A stretch of 64,000 nucleotides of DNA from the human T2T-CHM13v2.0 reference genome, Homo sapiens: the NCBI RefSeq assembly GCF_009914755.1, contig NC_060928.1; one strand, 5' to 3'. The translations under genes were made by a program, and so were the position numbers. A model generated the notes under the pieces. The model did no database searches. It had not been told where the DNA came from and was given only the letters and a program-made list of their open reading frames with translations. Position 1 is the stretch's first letter. Each line of letters starts with the position of its first letter. Below are positions 36,886 to 51,399 of the stretch, one piece after another.

Positions 36886-39800
36886 TGTCAGGCCTCTGGG
36901 CCCAAGCTAAGCCATCATATCCCCTGTGACCTGCACGTACACATCCAGATGGTTGGTTCCTGCCTTAACTGATGACATTCCACCACAAAAGAAGTGAAAA
37001 TGGCCTGTTCCTACCTTAACTGATGACAATATCTTGTGAAATTCCTTCTCCTGGCTCAAAAGCTCCCCTACTGAGCACCTTGTGATCCCCACTCCTGCCC
37101 ACCAGAGAACAACCCCCCTTTTTCCTTTACCTACCCAAATCCTATAAAATGGCCCCACCCCTATCTTCTTTCACTGGCTCTCTTTTCGGACTCAGCCCAC
37201 CTGTACCCAGGTGAAATAAACAGCTTTATTGCTCACACAAAGCCTGTTTGATGGTCTCTTCACATGGACGCGAGTGAAATTTGGTACCGTGACTCAGATC
37301 GGGGGACCTCCCTTAGGAGATCAATCCCCTGTCCTCCTGTTCTTTGCTCCGTGAGAAAGATCCACCTATAACCTCAGGTCCTCAGACCAACCAGCCCAAG
37401 AAACATCTCACCAATTTCAAATCCGGTAAGTAGCCTCTTTTTACTCTCTTCTCCAACCTCCCTCACTATCCCTCAACCTCTTTCTCCTTTCAATCTTGGT
37501 GCCACACTTCAATCTCTCTCTTCTCTTAATTTCAATTCATTTCATTTTCTGGTAGAGACAAAGGAGACACGTTTTATCCATGGACCCAAAACCCTGGTGC
37601 TGGTCACAGACTAGGGAAGGCAGCCTTCCATTGGTGTTTAATCATTGCAGGGACGCCTCTCTGATTATTCACCCAGGTTTCAGAGGTGTCAGACCACACA
37701 GGGATGCCTGCCTTGGTCTTTCACCCTTAGTGGCAAGTCCCACTTTTCTGGGGGAGGGGCAAGAACCCCAATCCCTTCTCTCCATGTCTCTACCCCTTCT
37801 CCACTTTTCTGGGGGAGGGGAAAGAACCCCTCAACCCCTTCTCCTTCACCCTTAATGGCAAGTTCTGCTTTTCTGGAGGAGGGGCAGGAACCCCAACCTC
37901 TTATCTCTGTGCCCCGATCCCTTATTTCCGTGCCCCGACCTCTTATCTCTGTGCCCCAGCTCCTTATTTCCACGCCCCAACCCCTTCTCTGCTTTTCTGG
38001 AGGGCAAGAACCCCCCACCCCTTCTCCGTGTCTCTACTCTCTTTTCTCTAGGCTTGCCTCCTTCACTATGGGAAAGCTTCCACCTTCCATTCCTCCTTCT
38101 CCCTTAGCCTGTGTTCTTGAGAACTTAAAACCTCTTCAACTCTCACCTGACCTAAAATCTAAGCATCTTGCATCTTATTTTCTTCTGCAATGCCACTTGA
38201 CACCAATACAAACTCAACAGTAGTTCCAAATAGCTGGAAAACGGCACTTTCAATTTTTCCATCCTACAAGATCTAAATAATTCTTGTCATAAAATAGACA
38301 AACGGTCTGAGGTGCCTGATGTCCAGGCATTCTTTTACACATCAGTCCCTCCCTAGTCTCTGTTCCCAATGTAACTCATCCCAAATCTTCCTTCTTTCCC
38401 TCCCACCTGTCCCCTCAGTCCCAACCCCAAGCATTGCTGAGTCTTTCTAATCTTCCTTTTCTACAGACCCATCTGACCTCTCCCCTCCTCACCAGGCTGA
38501 GCTAGGTCCCAATTCTTCCTCAGCCTCTGCTCCTCCACCCTATAATCCTTTTATCACCTCGCCTCCTCACACCCGGTCTGGCTTTCAGTTTCATTCTGTG
38601 ACTAGCCCTCCCCCACCTGCCCAGCAATTTACTCTTAAAAAGGTGGCTGGAGCTAAAGGCATAGTCAAGGTTAATGCTCCTTTTTCTTTATCCCAAATCA
38701 GATAGCGTTTAGGCTCTTTTTCATCAAATATAAAAATCCAGCCCAGTTCATGGCTCGTTTGGCAGCAACCCTGAGATGTTTTACAGCCCTAAGAGCCTAA
38801 AAGATCAAAAGGCCGTCTTATTCTCAACATACATTTTATTACCCAATCTGCTCCCGACATTAAATAAAACTCCTAAAATGAAATTCTGGCCCTGAAACCC
38901 CACAACAGGACTTAATTAACCTCACCTTCAAGGTGTACAATAATAGAGTAGAGGCAGCCAAGTAGCAACATATTTCTGAGTTGCAATTCTTTCCCTCCAC
39001 TGTGAGACAAACCCCAGCCACATCTCCAGCACACAAGAACTTCCAAATGCCTAAACCGCAGTGGCCATGCATTCCTACAGAACCGCCCCCACTAGGAGCT
39101 TGCTACAAGTGCCAGAAATCTGGCCACCAGGCCAAGAAATGCCCACAGCCCTAAGCCATGTCCTCCTAAGCCATGTCCCATCTGTGCAGGACCCCATTGG
39201 AAATTGGACTGTCCAACTCACCTGGCAGCCACTCCCAGAGCCCCTGGAACTCTGGCTCAAGGCTGTCTGACTGACTCCTTCCCAGATCTTCTTGGCTTAG
39301 CGGCTGAAGACTGACACTGCCTGATCACCTCGGAAGCCCCACAGACCATCACAGATGCTGAGCTTTAGGTAACTCTCACAGTGGAAGGTAAGTCCATCCC
39401 CTTCTTAATCAATATGGAGGCTACCCACTCCACATTACCTTCTTTTCAAGGGCCTGTTTCCCTTGCCTCCATAACTGTTGTAAGTATTGACAGCCAGGCT
39501 TCTAAACCTCTTAAAACTCCCCAACTCTGGTGCCAATTTAGACAATACTCTTTTAAGCACTCCTTTTTAGTTATCCCCACCTGCCCAGTTCTCTTATTAG
39601 GCCGAGACACTTTAACTAAATTATCTGCTTCCCTGACTATTCCTGGACTACAGCTACATCTCATTTCTGCCCTTCTTCCCAATCCAAAGCCTCCTTTGCA
39701 TCCTCCTCTTGTATCCCCCGACCTTAACCCACAAGTATAAGATACCTCTACTCGCTCCTTGGCAACTCATCATGCACCCCTTACCATCTCATTAAAACCT

Positions 39801-42800
39801 AATCACCCTTACCCCTCTCAATGCCAATATCCCATCCCACAGCATGCTTTGAAAGGATTAAAGCCTGTTATCACTCGCCTGCTACAGCATGGCCTTTTAA
39901 AGCCTATAAACTCTCCTTACAATTCCCCCATTTTACCTGTCCTAAAGCCAGACAAGCCTTACAAGTTAGTTCAGGATCTATGCCTTATCAACCAAATTGT
40001 TTTGCCTATGAACCCCATGGTGCCAAACCCATATACTCTCCTATCCTCAATACCTCCCTCCACAATCCATTAGTCTGTTCTGGATCTCAAACATGCTTTC
40101 TTTACTATTCCTTTTCACCCTTCATCCCAGCCTTCTTCACTTTCACTTGGACTGACCCTGACACCCATCAGGCTCAGCAAATTACCTAGGCTGTACTGCT
40201 GTAAAGCTTCACAGACAGCCTCCATTACTTCAGTCAAGCCCACATTTCTTCCTTATCCGTTACCCATCTCAGCATAATTCTCATAAAAACACATGTGCTA
40301 TCCCTGCCAATCATGTCTGACCAATCTCTCAAACCCCAAACCCTTCTACAAAACAACAACTCCTTTCCTTCCTGGGCATGGTTAGATACTTTCGCCTTTA
40401 GATACCTGGTTTTGCCATCCTAACAAAACCATTACATAAACTCACAAAAGGAAACCTACATGACCCCATAGATCCTAAATCCTTTCCCCACTCCTCTTTC
40501 TGTTCCTTGAAGACAGCTTTAGAGACTGCCCCCACTCTAGCTCTCCCTGACTCATCCCAACCCTTTTCATTACACACAGCTGAAGTGCAGGGCTGTGCAG
40601 TCAGAATTCTTACACAAGGACTGGGATCGCATCCTGTAGCCTTTTTGTCCAAACAACTTGACCTTACTGTTTTAGACTGGCCATCATGTCTCCATGCAGC
40701 GGCTGCTGCCACCCTAATACTTTTAGAGGCCCTTAAAATCACAAACTATGCTCAACTCACTCTCTACAGCTCTCATAATTTCCAAGATCTATTTTCTTCC
40801 TCACACCTGACGCATATACTTTCTGCTTCCCAGCTCCTTCAGCTGTACTCACTCTTTGTTGAGTCTCCCACAATTACCATTTTTCCTGGCCCAACTTCAA
40901 TCTGGCCTCCCACATTATTTCTGATACCACACCTGACCCCCATGACTGCATCTCTCTGATCCACCTGACATTCACTCCATTTCCCCACATTTCCTTCTTC
41001 CCTGTTTCTCACCCTGATCACACTTGGTTTATTGATGGCAGTTCCACCAGGCCTAATCACCACACACCAGCAAAGGCAGGCTATGCTATAGTACAAGCCA
41101 CTAACCCGCCTCTTAGAACCTCTCATTTCCTTTCCATCGTGGAAATCTATCCTCAAGGAAATAACTTCTCAGTGTTCCATCTGCTATTCTACTACTCCTC
41201 AGGGATTATTCAGGCCCTCTCCCTTCCCTACACATCAAGTTCAAGGATTTGCTCCTGCCCAGGACAGGCAAATTTGCTATTCTACTACTTCTCAGGGATT
41301 ATTCAGGCCCCCTCCCTTCCCTACACATCAAGCTTAAGGATTTGACCCCACCCAGGACTGGCAAATTAGCTTTACTCAACATGCCCCGAGTCAGGAAACT
41401 AAAATACCTCTTGGTCTAGGTAAGACACTTTCACTAGATAGGTAAAGGCCTTTTCCACAGGGTCGAAGAAGGCCACCACGGTCATTTCCTCCCTTCTGTC
41501 AGACATAATTCCTTGGTTTGGCTTCCCACCTCTATACAGTCTGATAGCAGACCGGCCTTTATTAGTCAAATCAGCCAAGCATTTTTTCAGGCTCTTAGTA
41601 TTCAGTGAAACCTTTATATCCCTTACAGTCCTCAGTCTTCAGGAAAAGTAGAACAGACTAATAGTCTTTTAAAAACACACCTCACCAAGCTCAGCCACTA
41701 ACTTAAAAAGGACTGGACAATACTTTTACCACTTTCCCTTCTCAGAATTCAGGCCTGTCCTCAGAATACTACAAGGTATAGCCCATTTGAGCTCCTGTAT
41801 AGACGCTCCTTTTTATTAGGCCCCAGTCTCATTCCAGACACCAGATCAACTTGGACTATGCCCCAAAAAACTTGTCATCCCTACTATCTTCTGTCTACTC
41901 ATACTCCTATTCACCATTCTCAACTACTCATACATGCCCTGCTCTTGTTTACACTGCCAGTTTACACTGTTTCTCCAAGCCATCACAGCTGATATCTCCT
42001 GGTGCTACCCTCAAACCGTCACTCTTAACTCTTAAAGTAAATAAAAAATCTTTGCTGGCAAAGCTATGCTGAACCTCCTTAGGCACTCTCTAATTAGATG
42101 TCCTAGGTCCTCCCAATTGTTAGTCCTTTAATACCTGTTTTTCTCCTTGTCTTATTCCGTTTAGTTTTTCAATTCATACAAAACTGTATCCAGGCCATCG
42201 CCAATAATTCTAAATGACAAATGTTTCCTCTAACAACCCCACAATATCACCCCTTACCACAAAATCTTCCTTCAGCTTAATCTCTCCCACTCTAAGTTCC
42301 CACGCCGCCCCTAATCCCGCTCGAAGCAGCCCTGAGAAACATCACCCATTATCTCTCCATACCACCCCTAAAAAATTTTCACTGTCCCAACACTTTACCA
42401 CTAATTCATTTTATTTTTCTTATTAATATAAGAAGACAGGAATGTCAGGCCTCTGAGCCCAAGCTAAGGCATCATATCCCCTGTGACCTGCACGTACACA
42501 TCCAGATGGCCGGTTCCTGACTTAACTGATGACATTCCACCATAAAAGAAGTGAAAATGCCCTGTTCGTACCTTAACTGATGACATTATCTTGTGAAATT
42601 CCTTTTCCTCGCTCATCCTGGCTCAAAAGCTCCCCTACTGAGCACCTTGTGACCCCCACTCCTGCCCGCCAGAGAACAACCCCCCTTTTGCCTTTACCTA
42701 CCCAAATCCTATAAAATGGCCCCACCCCATCTCCCTTCACTGACTCTTTTCGGACTCAGCCCACCTGCACCCAGGTGAAATAAACAGCTTTATTGCTCAC

Positions 42801-42848
42801 ACAAAGCCTGTTTAGTTTAGTGGTCTCTTCACACAGATGCAAGTGAAA
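36886..42848 (+). mobile_element. HERV-H provirus with both LTR7s (env-deleted type), inserted in L1 ORF2
   Basis: 5' LTR 36886-37279, 3' LTR 42443-42848, TSD AAACC (36881-36885, 42849-42853), tRNA-His-type PBS tggtaccgtgactcagat (37282-37299), PPT aagaagacaggaa, Gag knuckle CYKCQKSGHQAKKC (~39100), RT remnant NSPYNSPILPVLKPDKPYKLVQDL (39759-40073), PVAFLSKQLD (40507-40959). All ORFs disrupted. Confidence 0.97.
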
Positions 42849-43202
42849 AAACCCACAGTGAGATATCATCTCACCCTGCTTAGAATGCCTTTTATGAAAA
42901 AGCCAAAAAATAACAAATGCTGGCAAGGATGTGAAGAAAGGGGAATGTTCATACACTGTTGGTGGAAATGTAAATTAGAGCAATTGTTATGGAAAACAAT
43001 ATAACTTCCAAAAACATTAAAAATAGACTTACCACATAATCCAGCAATCCCCCTACTGGGTGTATATTCAAAGAAAATTAAATCAGTATGTCAAAGAGAT
43101 TTCTGCACTCTCATGTTTATTACAGCACTATTCACAATAGCCTAGAATCAACCTAAGTGTCCATCAATGAATGAATGGATAAAGAAAATGTGGCATATAT
43201 GC

Positions 43203-43494
43203 TGTATTTGGCCATTCTTGCATTGCTATAAAGAAATAACTGAGATTGGATAATTTATAAGAAAAGAGACTTAATTGGCTCCTGGTTCTGTGGGCTCTAC
43301 AGGAAGCATAGTGCCAACATCTGCTTCTGGGGCCTCAGGAAGCTTGAGAACTTGTTCACTATCATGAGGATAGCACCAAGCCATGAGGGATCCACCTCCA
43401 TGACCCAAACACCTCCTACCAGGCCCCATTTCTAACAGTGGGGATTACAATATAACATGAGATATGGGTCAGGACAAATATCCAAACTATATCA
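43203..43494 (-). mobile_element. MSTB solo LTR, internally deleted
   Basis: tgtatttggcc...ccaaactatatca with 5 bp TSD tatgc (43198-43202, 43495-43499). Confidence 0.9.
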
Positions 43495-45246
43495 TATGCA
43501 CACTTGGCCATAAAAAAAGGATAAAATCGTGTCATTTGTGACAACATGAATGAGTAGAGAGGACATTGTGGTAAGTGAAATAAGCTAACCACAGAAAGAC
43601 AAATATCACATGATCTCATTCATATGTGAAATCTAAAAACACTGATCTAATAGAGAGTAGAAGAGTGGTTACCAGACTGGGAAAGTTAGGGAGAAGAGGT
43701 TTTAACAATGTATCATGTATCAAAATACCACATTGTACCCCATCAACATGTGAAATTATCATGTGTCCACTTAATAAAAAAAAAGAAAATGGAAGAGTCA
43801 AGATACTGGGGCACTTGAAGAGATAGAAGGTGAATTGGCAGTAAGGAAGAGAGAGTCTGAAAGAGCAGGTCACAGAGTGGAACATTAAAGTTTATAACAT
43901 TAGAAATCAATTTTTAAGTTATTGAAAAGTTTATAGCCATGAAAGTGAGTAGCTCAATTGAAGTGAAAGTAAAAGTCAATGAAAGATTAAATTAGAAAAT
44001 ATATTGCTTGGCATTTAGTAGTTACTTCAGAAATATTAATAAATCTTAAGAAAATTAAGAACGCCAAAGCATTCATAGTGGGCCATTATCATAATACAAA
44101 TGTATGTGGTAATATTTTATTCTTTCTAGTGAAGGGAGTAATTCAACAGTCTTGATTATAGGTTAGAAAATGATTCTCCAGGTGTGACCCACTGACCACA
44201 TTCATTGTATTTGAATTGCTTGAGCAACTTGTTTCAGAAGAAAATGGAAAGATTTTAAGATGGACCAATGAAATTACCACTGAGTGTCTTCAAGAAATCT
44301 CAGCCTTGCCTAGAATAACCTGGGTTATCTGTTTCTATGGGGTCTTTTTGCCTTTTGTTTTCTTTGTTATTTGCAATCCTGTTAGTCATAGATTACTGAT
44401 AGTAATGCAAATATTCTTGTCCATAGACATGCAAATGACTGATTTGGGTGGAAGTATAATTAATTTTCCTTTTTTCACCTTCCATCAAGAAGTCAGTTTT
44501 GAACCTATCAAGAAAATTTATTTCAGTGTTCCTTAGTGCATAGAGATGTGTGGCTCTTTTAATTTTCCATAAAACTCATTATAACATCTTACTGACTCCC
44601 TCATTAAATAAATGAGTTAAACAAAAATCTTAGACAAATGTTCATTTTATATTTGTAAGTCATAATTTATCCTACTTGAAGCAATTTTCCTTTAACATTC
44701 CTAAAAATACAGATTCCTATGCCCCATGCTAGACCTACTGAATCAAAATCTCAGGCCTAAGGCACAAGAATTTGCATTGTTAGTAAGCTTTTCAAGTGAT
44801 TTTTAGGCATACTATATTATATTAACCATTACCATTCTAATTCTTTAAACTTGAATTATTGTGTTTATAATTCCAACTTCATCAAAGTAAACTTTTTGTT
44901 AGCAAAAACGGTAGAAACCCCCTTATTCAATAAGATTGGGACCAGTAATAAATAGATTAATAACAAATTTAAGTTAGATGGAGGAATCATAAGAAGTATT
45001 AGATGTAAGTCCTTAAAACAACTTTAATTTAAAAGACATGTGTAAATAAATTTGCCACTATTTTGATGACAAGGTCAAAGCCTTGCACGGATTCAATGAG
45101 TGGAGTTTCTTGTGGAAACTATGCCAATGATATGTTGTCATTCATTTCTCGTTCACTTTCTGTGAAGACAACTGGGGTAAAGCAATCTGAAATCCTAGAG
45201 TATACAATTTTTCCCATTTGTTTCTAGTTGTCTTGCCCACTGTTAA

Positions 45247-45628
<382 letters not shown>

Positions 45629-45899
45629 TATAATATTTAATTAAATTGCATAACTACAAGAGCAAGAACAAATGGTGTAAACATATTTAGGAATGAACAC
45701 AGCTTCCTCTTAGAAACTATATAATTTCTGTGATGGAAGGAGAAATGTACAGGCATTAAAAGTAGCTCAAAGGCTTTCAGTTTGCAATGGACATCAGTCA
45801 ATAAGTTGTACAGGGGTACCAGAAAGTGCTAATTGTAAATCAGTTAAGTGGAGGTCAGTTAAGGCAGCATCCACTGTATCTTAATTTGTGAAGTGAATG

Positions 45900-46075
45900 T
45901 TCTAAAACTGGGTTCACTTTTGCTATAAAGGACCAGATGATAAATATTTTAAGCTTTGCAAACCATACGGTCTCTATAGCAACCATTCAACTCTACCATT
46001 GTAGCAGGAAAGCACCATAGATCCATGGATGTGCTCCAATAAAACTTTATTAAAACAGGCAGCTGGTCTGAGGTC
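45900..46075 (+). mobile_element. MER58-like hAT-Charlie relic
   Basis: ataaaggaccagatgataaatattttaagctttgc...ccatacggtctct..gcaaccattcaactctacc...ccaataaaactttatt. Confidence 0.75.
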
Positions 46076-47199
46076 CATGTATATATCTTGCTGTTTTCAT
46101 ACAATTTTCTAAGTTAGTAGTTTCCTGCCTTTTTAACAATCACGGATTACTTTTAATCCTCTCCTCTGATTTTATGTTTCAAAAGCCTTAAGAAAAACCC
46201 ACAAAATATATTTATTTTGTAATTTTGGGGGTGGTTCTTATTTTATTAATAAGTAATCAATGATATATAAAGGCTACCCATTAGGTCAGTATGAAATAAT
46301 CAACATTACTAACTCTAATGACTTAGTTCTGGATAGAAATAAAATATATTCAACTATATATACATAACTTAAAACCTGTATAGCTGTTTCTGGTGTAAAT
46401 ATATAACTTTTCGAGATTTTTTCAAGTATTAAATACAACTTTTGGGAATCCCCACACCTGGCTCCCTATGATGACGTTCAAGAATTCCTTAGGATTCTGG
46501 GAATCTTAGAATGAAAGTCACTGCTCTGTAGGAATGAATGAATGAATGAAAAAGAAAACGAAGGAAGAAGACAGAGCATGTCTACTAATTATAAATTAAT
46601 CATCAATGAATGTTTATTTTATAAATAAATTTGTCAACTTTAGGTTGCCAAATCTAACAAGATACCAACATGGCATTCATGGTGATCACACCTCTAGTCA
46701 AATTTTATTTTAGTTCATTGACTATACTATTAATATCCTGAAATACTCAAAACTTCTGTCTCAATTCGGTGAATAATTCACTTATTAATCACCGTATACA
46801 CTACTTAATGAATGGAATGGTGCTTGGAATAAAGATAATTACAGGGCTAAAAGGTTTTTCTCTGGAGGCAGGGCATAGAATTTTGTTGTCTGACTGGAAT
46901 AAAACAAAATTAATCAATATTTTCTGCAACCAGTGGCTTTTGACTTAGTCGTCTATTAATATCTATCAATCACTATAATCTCAGTCCTATTTCCTCCATT
47001 TTTCTTTTTGCTATCATAAAAACTTGTCCATTTTTTTCCTGTTAGATCTATATGTTTCTCCTCTTTTCTTTTCATCCAAACAACTGGACATCAACTTAGT
47101 ACACATAGTCCAATTTATCCGAACCTTACAGAACTCACTGTTTCCATTTACATAACTTACATAACTGTCAAGCTGAAATCACTCTCAAATTTTTTTAAT

Positions 47200-48810
47200 T
47201 CAAAATTTTAATTTAATTTAATAATATTTATTTATTCATTAATTAATTTATTTTGAAAATAATTTTAACTTGTATTTTACATTCAGGGGTACATGTGCCA
47301 GTTTGTTACATGGGTATATCTCATAATGCTGAGTTTTGGGGTATGAATGATCCCATCATCCAGATGCTGATTTGGTATGATTTGACTCTGTGTCCCCACC
47401 CAAATCTCATGTTGAATTGTAATTCCCAATGTAGGGGGAATGACATGGTGGGAGGTGATTAGCTCATGAGGGCAGATTTCCCCCTTGTTGTTCTTAGATG
47501 GTAAGTGAGTTCTCATGACATCTGATGGTTTAAACATATGGCAAATCCCCCCTGGCTCACTTGCTCTCCTTCCGCCATGGTAGAACGTGCCTTGCTTCCC
47601 CCTTCACCATCTGCCATGATTATAAGTTTCCTGAAGCCTCCCAGCCATGCTTCCTGTACAGCCTGTGGAATTGTGAGTCAGTTAAACCTCTTTTCTTTAT
47701 AAATTACCCAGTCTCAGGTAGTTCTCTACAGCAGTGTGAGAACAGATTAATACATGAGCATAATACCCAATAGGTAGTTTTTCAAACCTTGCCTTCCTCC
47801 TTCTCCCCTCTAGTAGTCCCGGTGTTTATTCTTTCCATCTTTATGTCCATGAGTACCCAGTGTTTAGCTCCCACTTATAAGTGGGATCATGTGGTATTTT
47901 GTTTTATGTTCCTGCATTAATTCACTTAGGATAATGGCCTCCGGCTGCATCCATGTTGTTTCAAAGGACATGATTTTGTTATTTTTATGGCTGCATAGTA
48001 TTCCGTGGTGTATGAAATGGTTTGGAAGGTGGCCCCTATAAATCTCATGATGAAATGTAATCCTCAGTGTTGGAGGTGGGGCCTGGTAGGGTCATGGGGA
48101 TGGATCTCTCATGGCCTGATGCCGTCCTTGTGATAGTGAATTCTTTCAAGATCTGGTTGTGTAAGGGTGTGTGGTACTTACCCCCACTCCCATTTTCTCT
48201 TGCTCCTCCTCGGACCATGTGATGTGCCTACTCCCTCTGTGCCTTCCATCATGAGTAAAAGCTCCCTGGGGCCTCCACAGGCGCCATGCAGATGCCATCA
48301 CCATGCTTCCTGTACAGCCTGCAGAGATGTGAGCCAATTAAATCTCTTTTCCTTATAAATTACCCAGCCTCAGGTATTTCTTCATAGCAATGCAAGAATG
48401 GCCTAATCATACTGTGTAGATGTACCACATTTTATTGATCCAATCCACTGTCGATGGGCACCTAGGCTGACTCCATGTCTTTGCTATTGTGAATAGTGCT
48501 GCGATGAACATGCAAGTGCATATGTCTTTTTGGTAGAATAACTGATTCTCTTTGGGTTATATACCAGTAATGGAATTGTTGGCTTGAATGGTAATTCTAT
48601 TTTAAATGCTTTGAGAAATTTCCAAACCGCTTTGAACAGTGGCTGAACTAATTTACATTTGCACCAATTATGTGTAAATGTTCCCCTTTCTCCACAGCCT
48701 CCCAAGATCTGTTGTTTTTCAATTTTTGAATAGTAGCTATTCTGACTGGTGTAGGATGGTATCTCGTTTTGGTTTTGATTTGCATTTCTCTGATGATTAG
48801 TGATGTTAAG
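47200..48810 (-). mobile_element. L1PA/PB 3' end with two nested MaLR LTRs (THE1/MSTA 47373-47754; MSTB 48013-48413, TSD gtgta)
   Basis: ggggtacatgtgccagtttgttacatggg...tttagctcccacttataagtg...ttttgatttgcatttctctgatgattagtgatgtt, interrupted by two LTRs ending aataca and aatcatac. Confidence 0.88.
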
Positions 48811-51399
48811 ACTAATCTTTGCCACCAAAAAACTAGGAAAATACAGTGTCACTTGTCAAAATAAATTGTTTTACTTTGCTTTAAAAATAATCAATTGAGT
48901 AGTATATTTCTTCCAGCAAAATTAAGAAGTAAACATTTAGAATTGTACAGTACCTTGCTGTTAAGTCTTCGCACAAGTATACCAATCGAACATAAAGGCC
49001 ACCTTAAACTTTCATTTGAAATGAAAGACAATTTTTAAGAGGTTAAGGGCTAGTAATTTCTTAAAGTCCTGAAGTTAAATTAGCTCAAGTAAATGCAAAG
49101 ACTTTCCTTTAATTAAAGACTTTTAAATGAACACTTTAAAGCATAGTTGGTTTCTCCCTCAAATCTTGTCCAAAGCCACTGTTTACAACTCAGCATATCA
49201 AAGAAGGCTTCAGACATGATTGTGAAGCTCCCTCAACTTACAGTGTGCTATTTGCAACCTTAGATGCTATCATTCTGGCTTTTCTAACTTTTAGCAACAA
49301 TAAGCACACCCTTCTCATTTCTCCCCCACCCTGACTTACCCCTCTTTTCATTTAATATACAATTTTTCTCAGAGTGTTCTTACACATCTTTAACTGTAAA
49401 TATGACAAAAGCACACAGTATAGTACATTTATCACATGTATAAATGCTGTATCTAGTCATACAATTTTCCTTTTAAAAAAGAAATATTTTATTTTCAAAA
49501 AGCAAAGACTCTAGGAATCTTTTCTAGCTGCCAGTCATAAAAACATAAATTCCTGGTTAGTTTCCCAAATTTGCCTGACCATAAGAACCACTTGTGATAC
49601 TTGTCAAACACATGTATGCTGAGTCCCATCCATGATCTCCTGAATCAGAATCACCAGGTGAGAGGCCTGGGAATACACATTTTAAACAAATGTCCACAGT
49701 GATTATGATTAGTAAAGCTTGAAAAACATTTCACTAGGATCTTTATGACTGAATAACCTCACAAACATAGGAAAGTTACTGGAAAAAAATATGAGCAGAA
49801 TTTCAGAATTCTGCCTTTGCTGAAAGTGTTTGTTCCCTCCTCCTCTACTCATCAAGACCTGACTGCTTATGCAACTCCCCCAAACCATCAATGGGAAGAG
49901 CTGAAAATGATTTTAATGAAGAAGAAAAGCTGATGTTTAATTTCAAAACTGACGGTTTGAATAGAAGGGAGAGGCATGAATTTATCTTGATTCTAACAGA
50001 AAGCATTGTATTTGGGTCTACAAACGAAATTGGTTTCATTTTTATTTTTTGTAAGTTTTCGCCAAACTCTGTGCATATATAGAGGCTGGGCAAGAAAGAA
50101 AGAAATCCAGAAATACGGCATATGCCATCCCTTATTTATTTCCCCATGCGACCAGCCAACAGCTTCTTCACCTAGTCCCTGCTTCAAGCTGACTTTCAGT
50201 CTACTTCTCTATCGGAAATGGAGCTTCCCCAAAGACTGCCTCAATGTCAGTTACCCAGAGGCCTTTTTTCCATCTTGGGCTCCTAAACTTCTATGATATT
50301 AAATGATACTACCCTTTCTGGAAATTCTCCTTAGCTTTGATTTCTATAATTTAACTCTGTTTCATTCCTTCTTTTATAGCCTTTCTTTTCTCTATCCCTT
50401 TACTGTAGACATATTGTACGACTTTGTTCTTGACCTTCTGATCTCTCCACATTCATTCCTTCAGAGCATGTATCCATTTTCTTGGTGTCAGGCTTCCTGA
50501 CTATCTGATTATTACCATCATATAACGATGTTGGTGATGAGCATAGCTAACATATCCTAGGCATTTTCCATGTAGGTTATAATAAGCACCCTATATAACT
50601 CGTACCATTTAATTCTTCAACCCTAAATGATACTATTACTAACCACATTGTATGAGACGAGGAAACAGATTTTCATCAAAACCCTGGAAAGCCAACGTGA
50701 GGAGCCCCTGTGTGTCTCCTTTGTTAATGACTCCGGGCATCATGGCATGTGGATTGCCATGGAATGGGGATTAGGAAGCGCAGCACTGTGAAAACACCAG
50801 AAAATACGTTGATAGCGGTAAGGACGCTCATCTCTGCACATTGTGACGGTTTTGTTTCTGAGTCAGGTTTGAGATGAGCCAATCCTGACTCCATGGTGCC
50901 ACCAGGGATCACGAATTTAATAAGATCTTCGTGGATGCTTGGAACCCAACTGGTCTCGGTTTTCTACTTTAGGGAAAGAGCCACAGCTTGAGTGGGGTGG
51001 TTTTGGTGTCACATACGCGATTAATAACACCCACCGCTGCAGAGGAATCACCGTGGACTACTCCTCCTTTCATCCCATGCTCTTGCGATGGATCCCTCTC
51101 ACCTGTTTACTGATTTCATTCAAATTCTTCAGCGACCACAGGACCCCGACTTGCCTTCTCTATCCTGGTTCCCTCACTCTGCTTTACAGGCCTGGCCTGC
51201 TCGCTGCTCCTCACACCAGCGCTGCACGGCTCCCTCCACGCCTCCGCCCTGTTTCCTCCATCAGACAGGACTAGCTTCCTCCATCTCTGTCGGGCAAATG
51301 CCTGCCCAGCCTTCAAGACCCTCCTCAGATGCCGCCTCCACGATTAGGCTTCTTTCAGACCCCTGAGCCTGTAACACGGGCTACCATAACTCTCCACCT

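Larger units (their letters stand above)
31120..43790 (+). mobile_element. Near-full-length old L1 (L1MA-type): 5'UTR, ORF1, ORF2, 3' end; hosts an Alu, HERV-H and MSTB
   Basis: ORF1 coiled coil NQVEILELESSVNKLKNALEGIKSRTDQVEEKNSELKD (32087-32326); ORF2 start caataattaccttgaatgtaaatagattaaatt at ~33375; QLIFDK..WGKDSIFNKWCWEKW (36194-36451); 3' end cattgtaccccatcaacatg...aataaaaaaaaa. Confidence 0.9.

Noticed and set aside
39381-41156. HERV-H pro/pol ORFs as functional genes
   Set aside because: Broken by stops, frameshifts and deletions; env is largely absent
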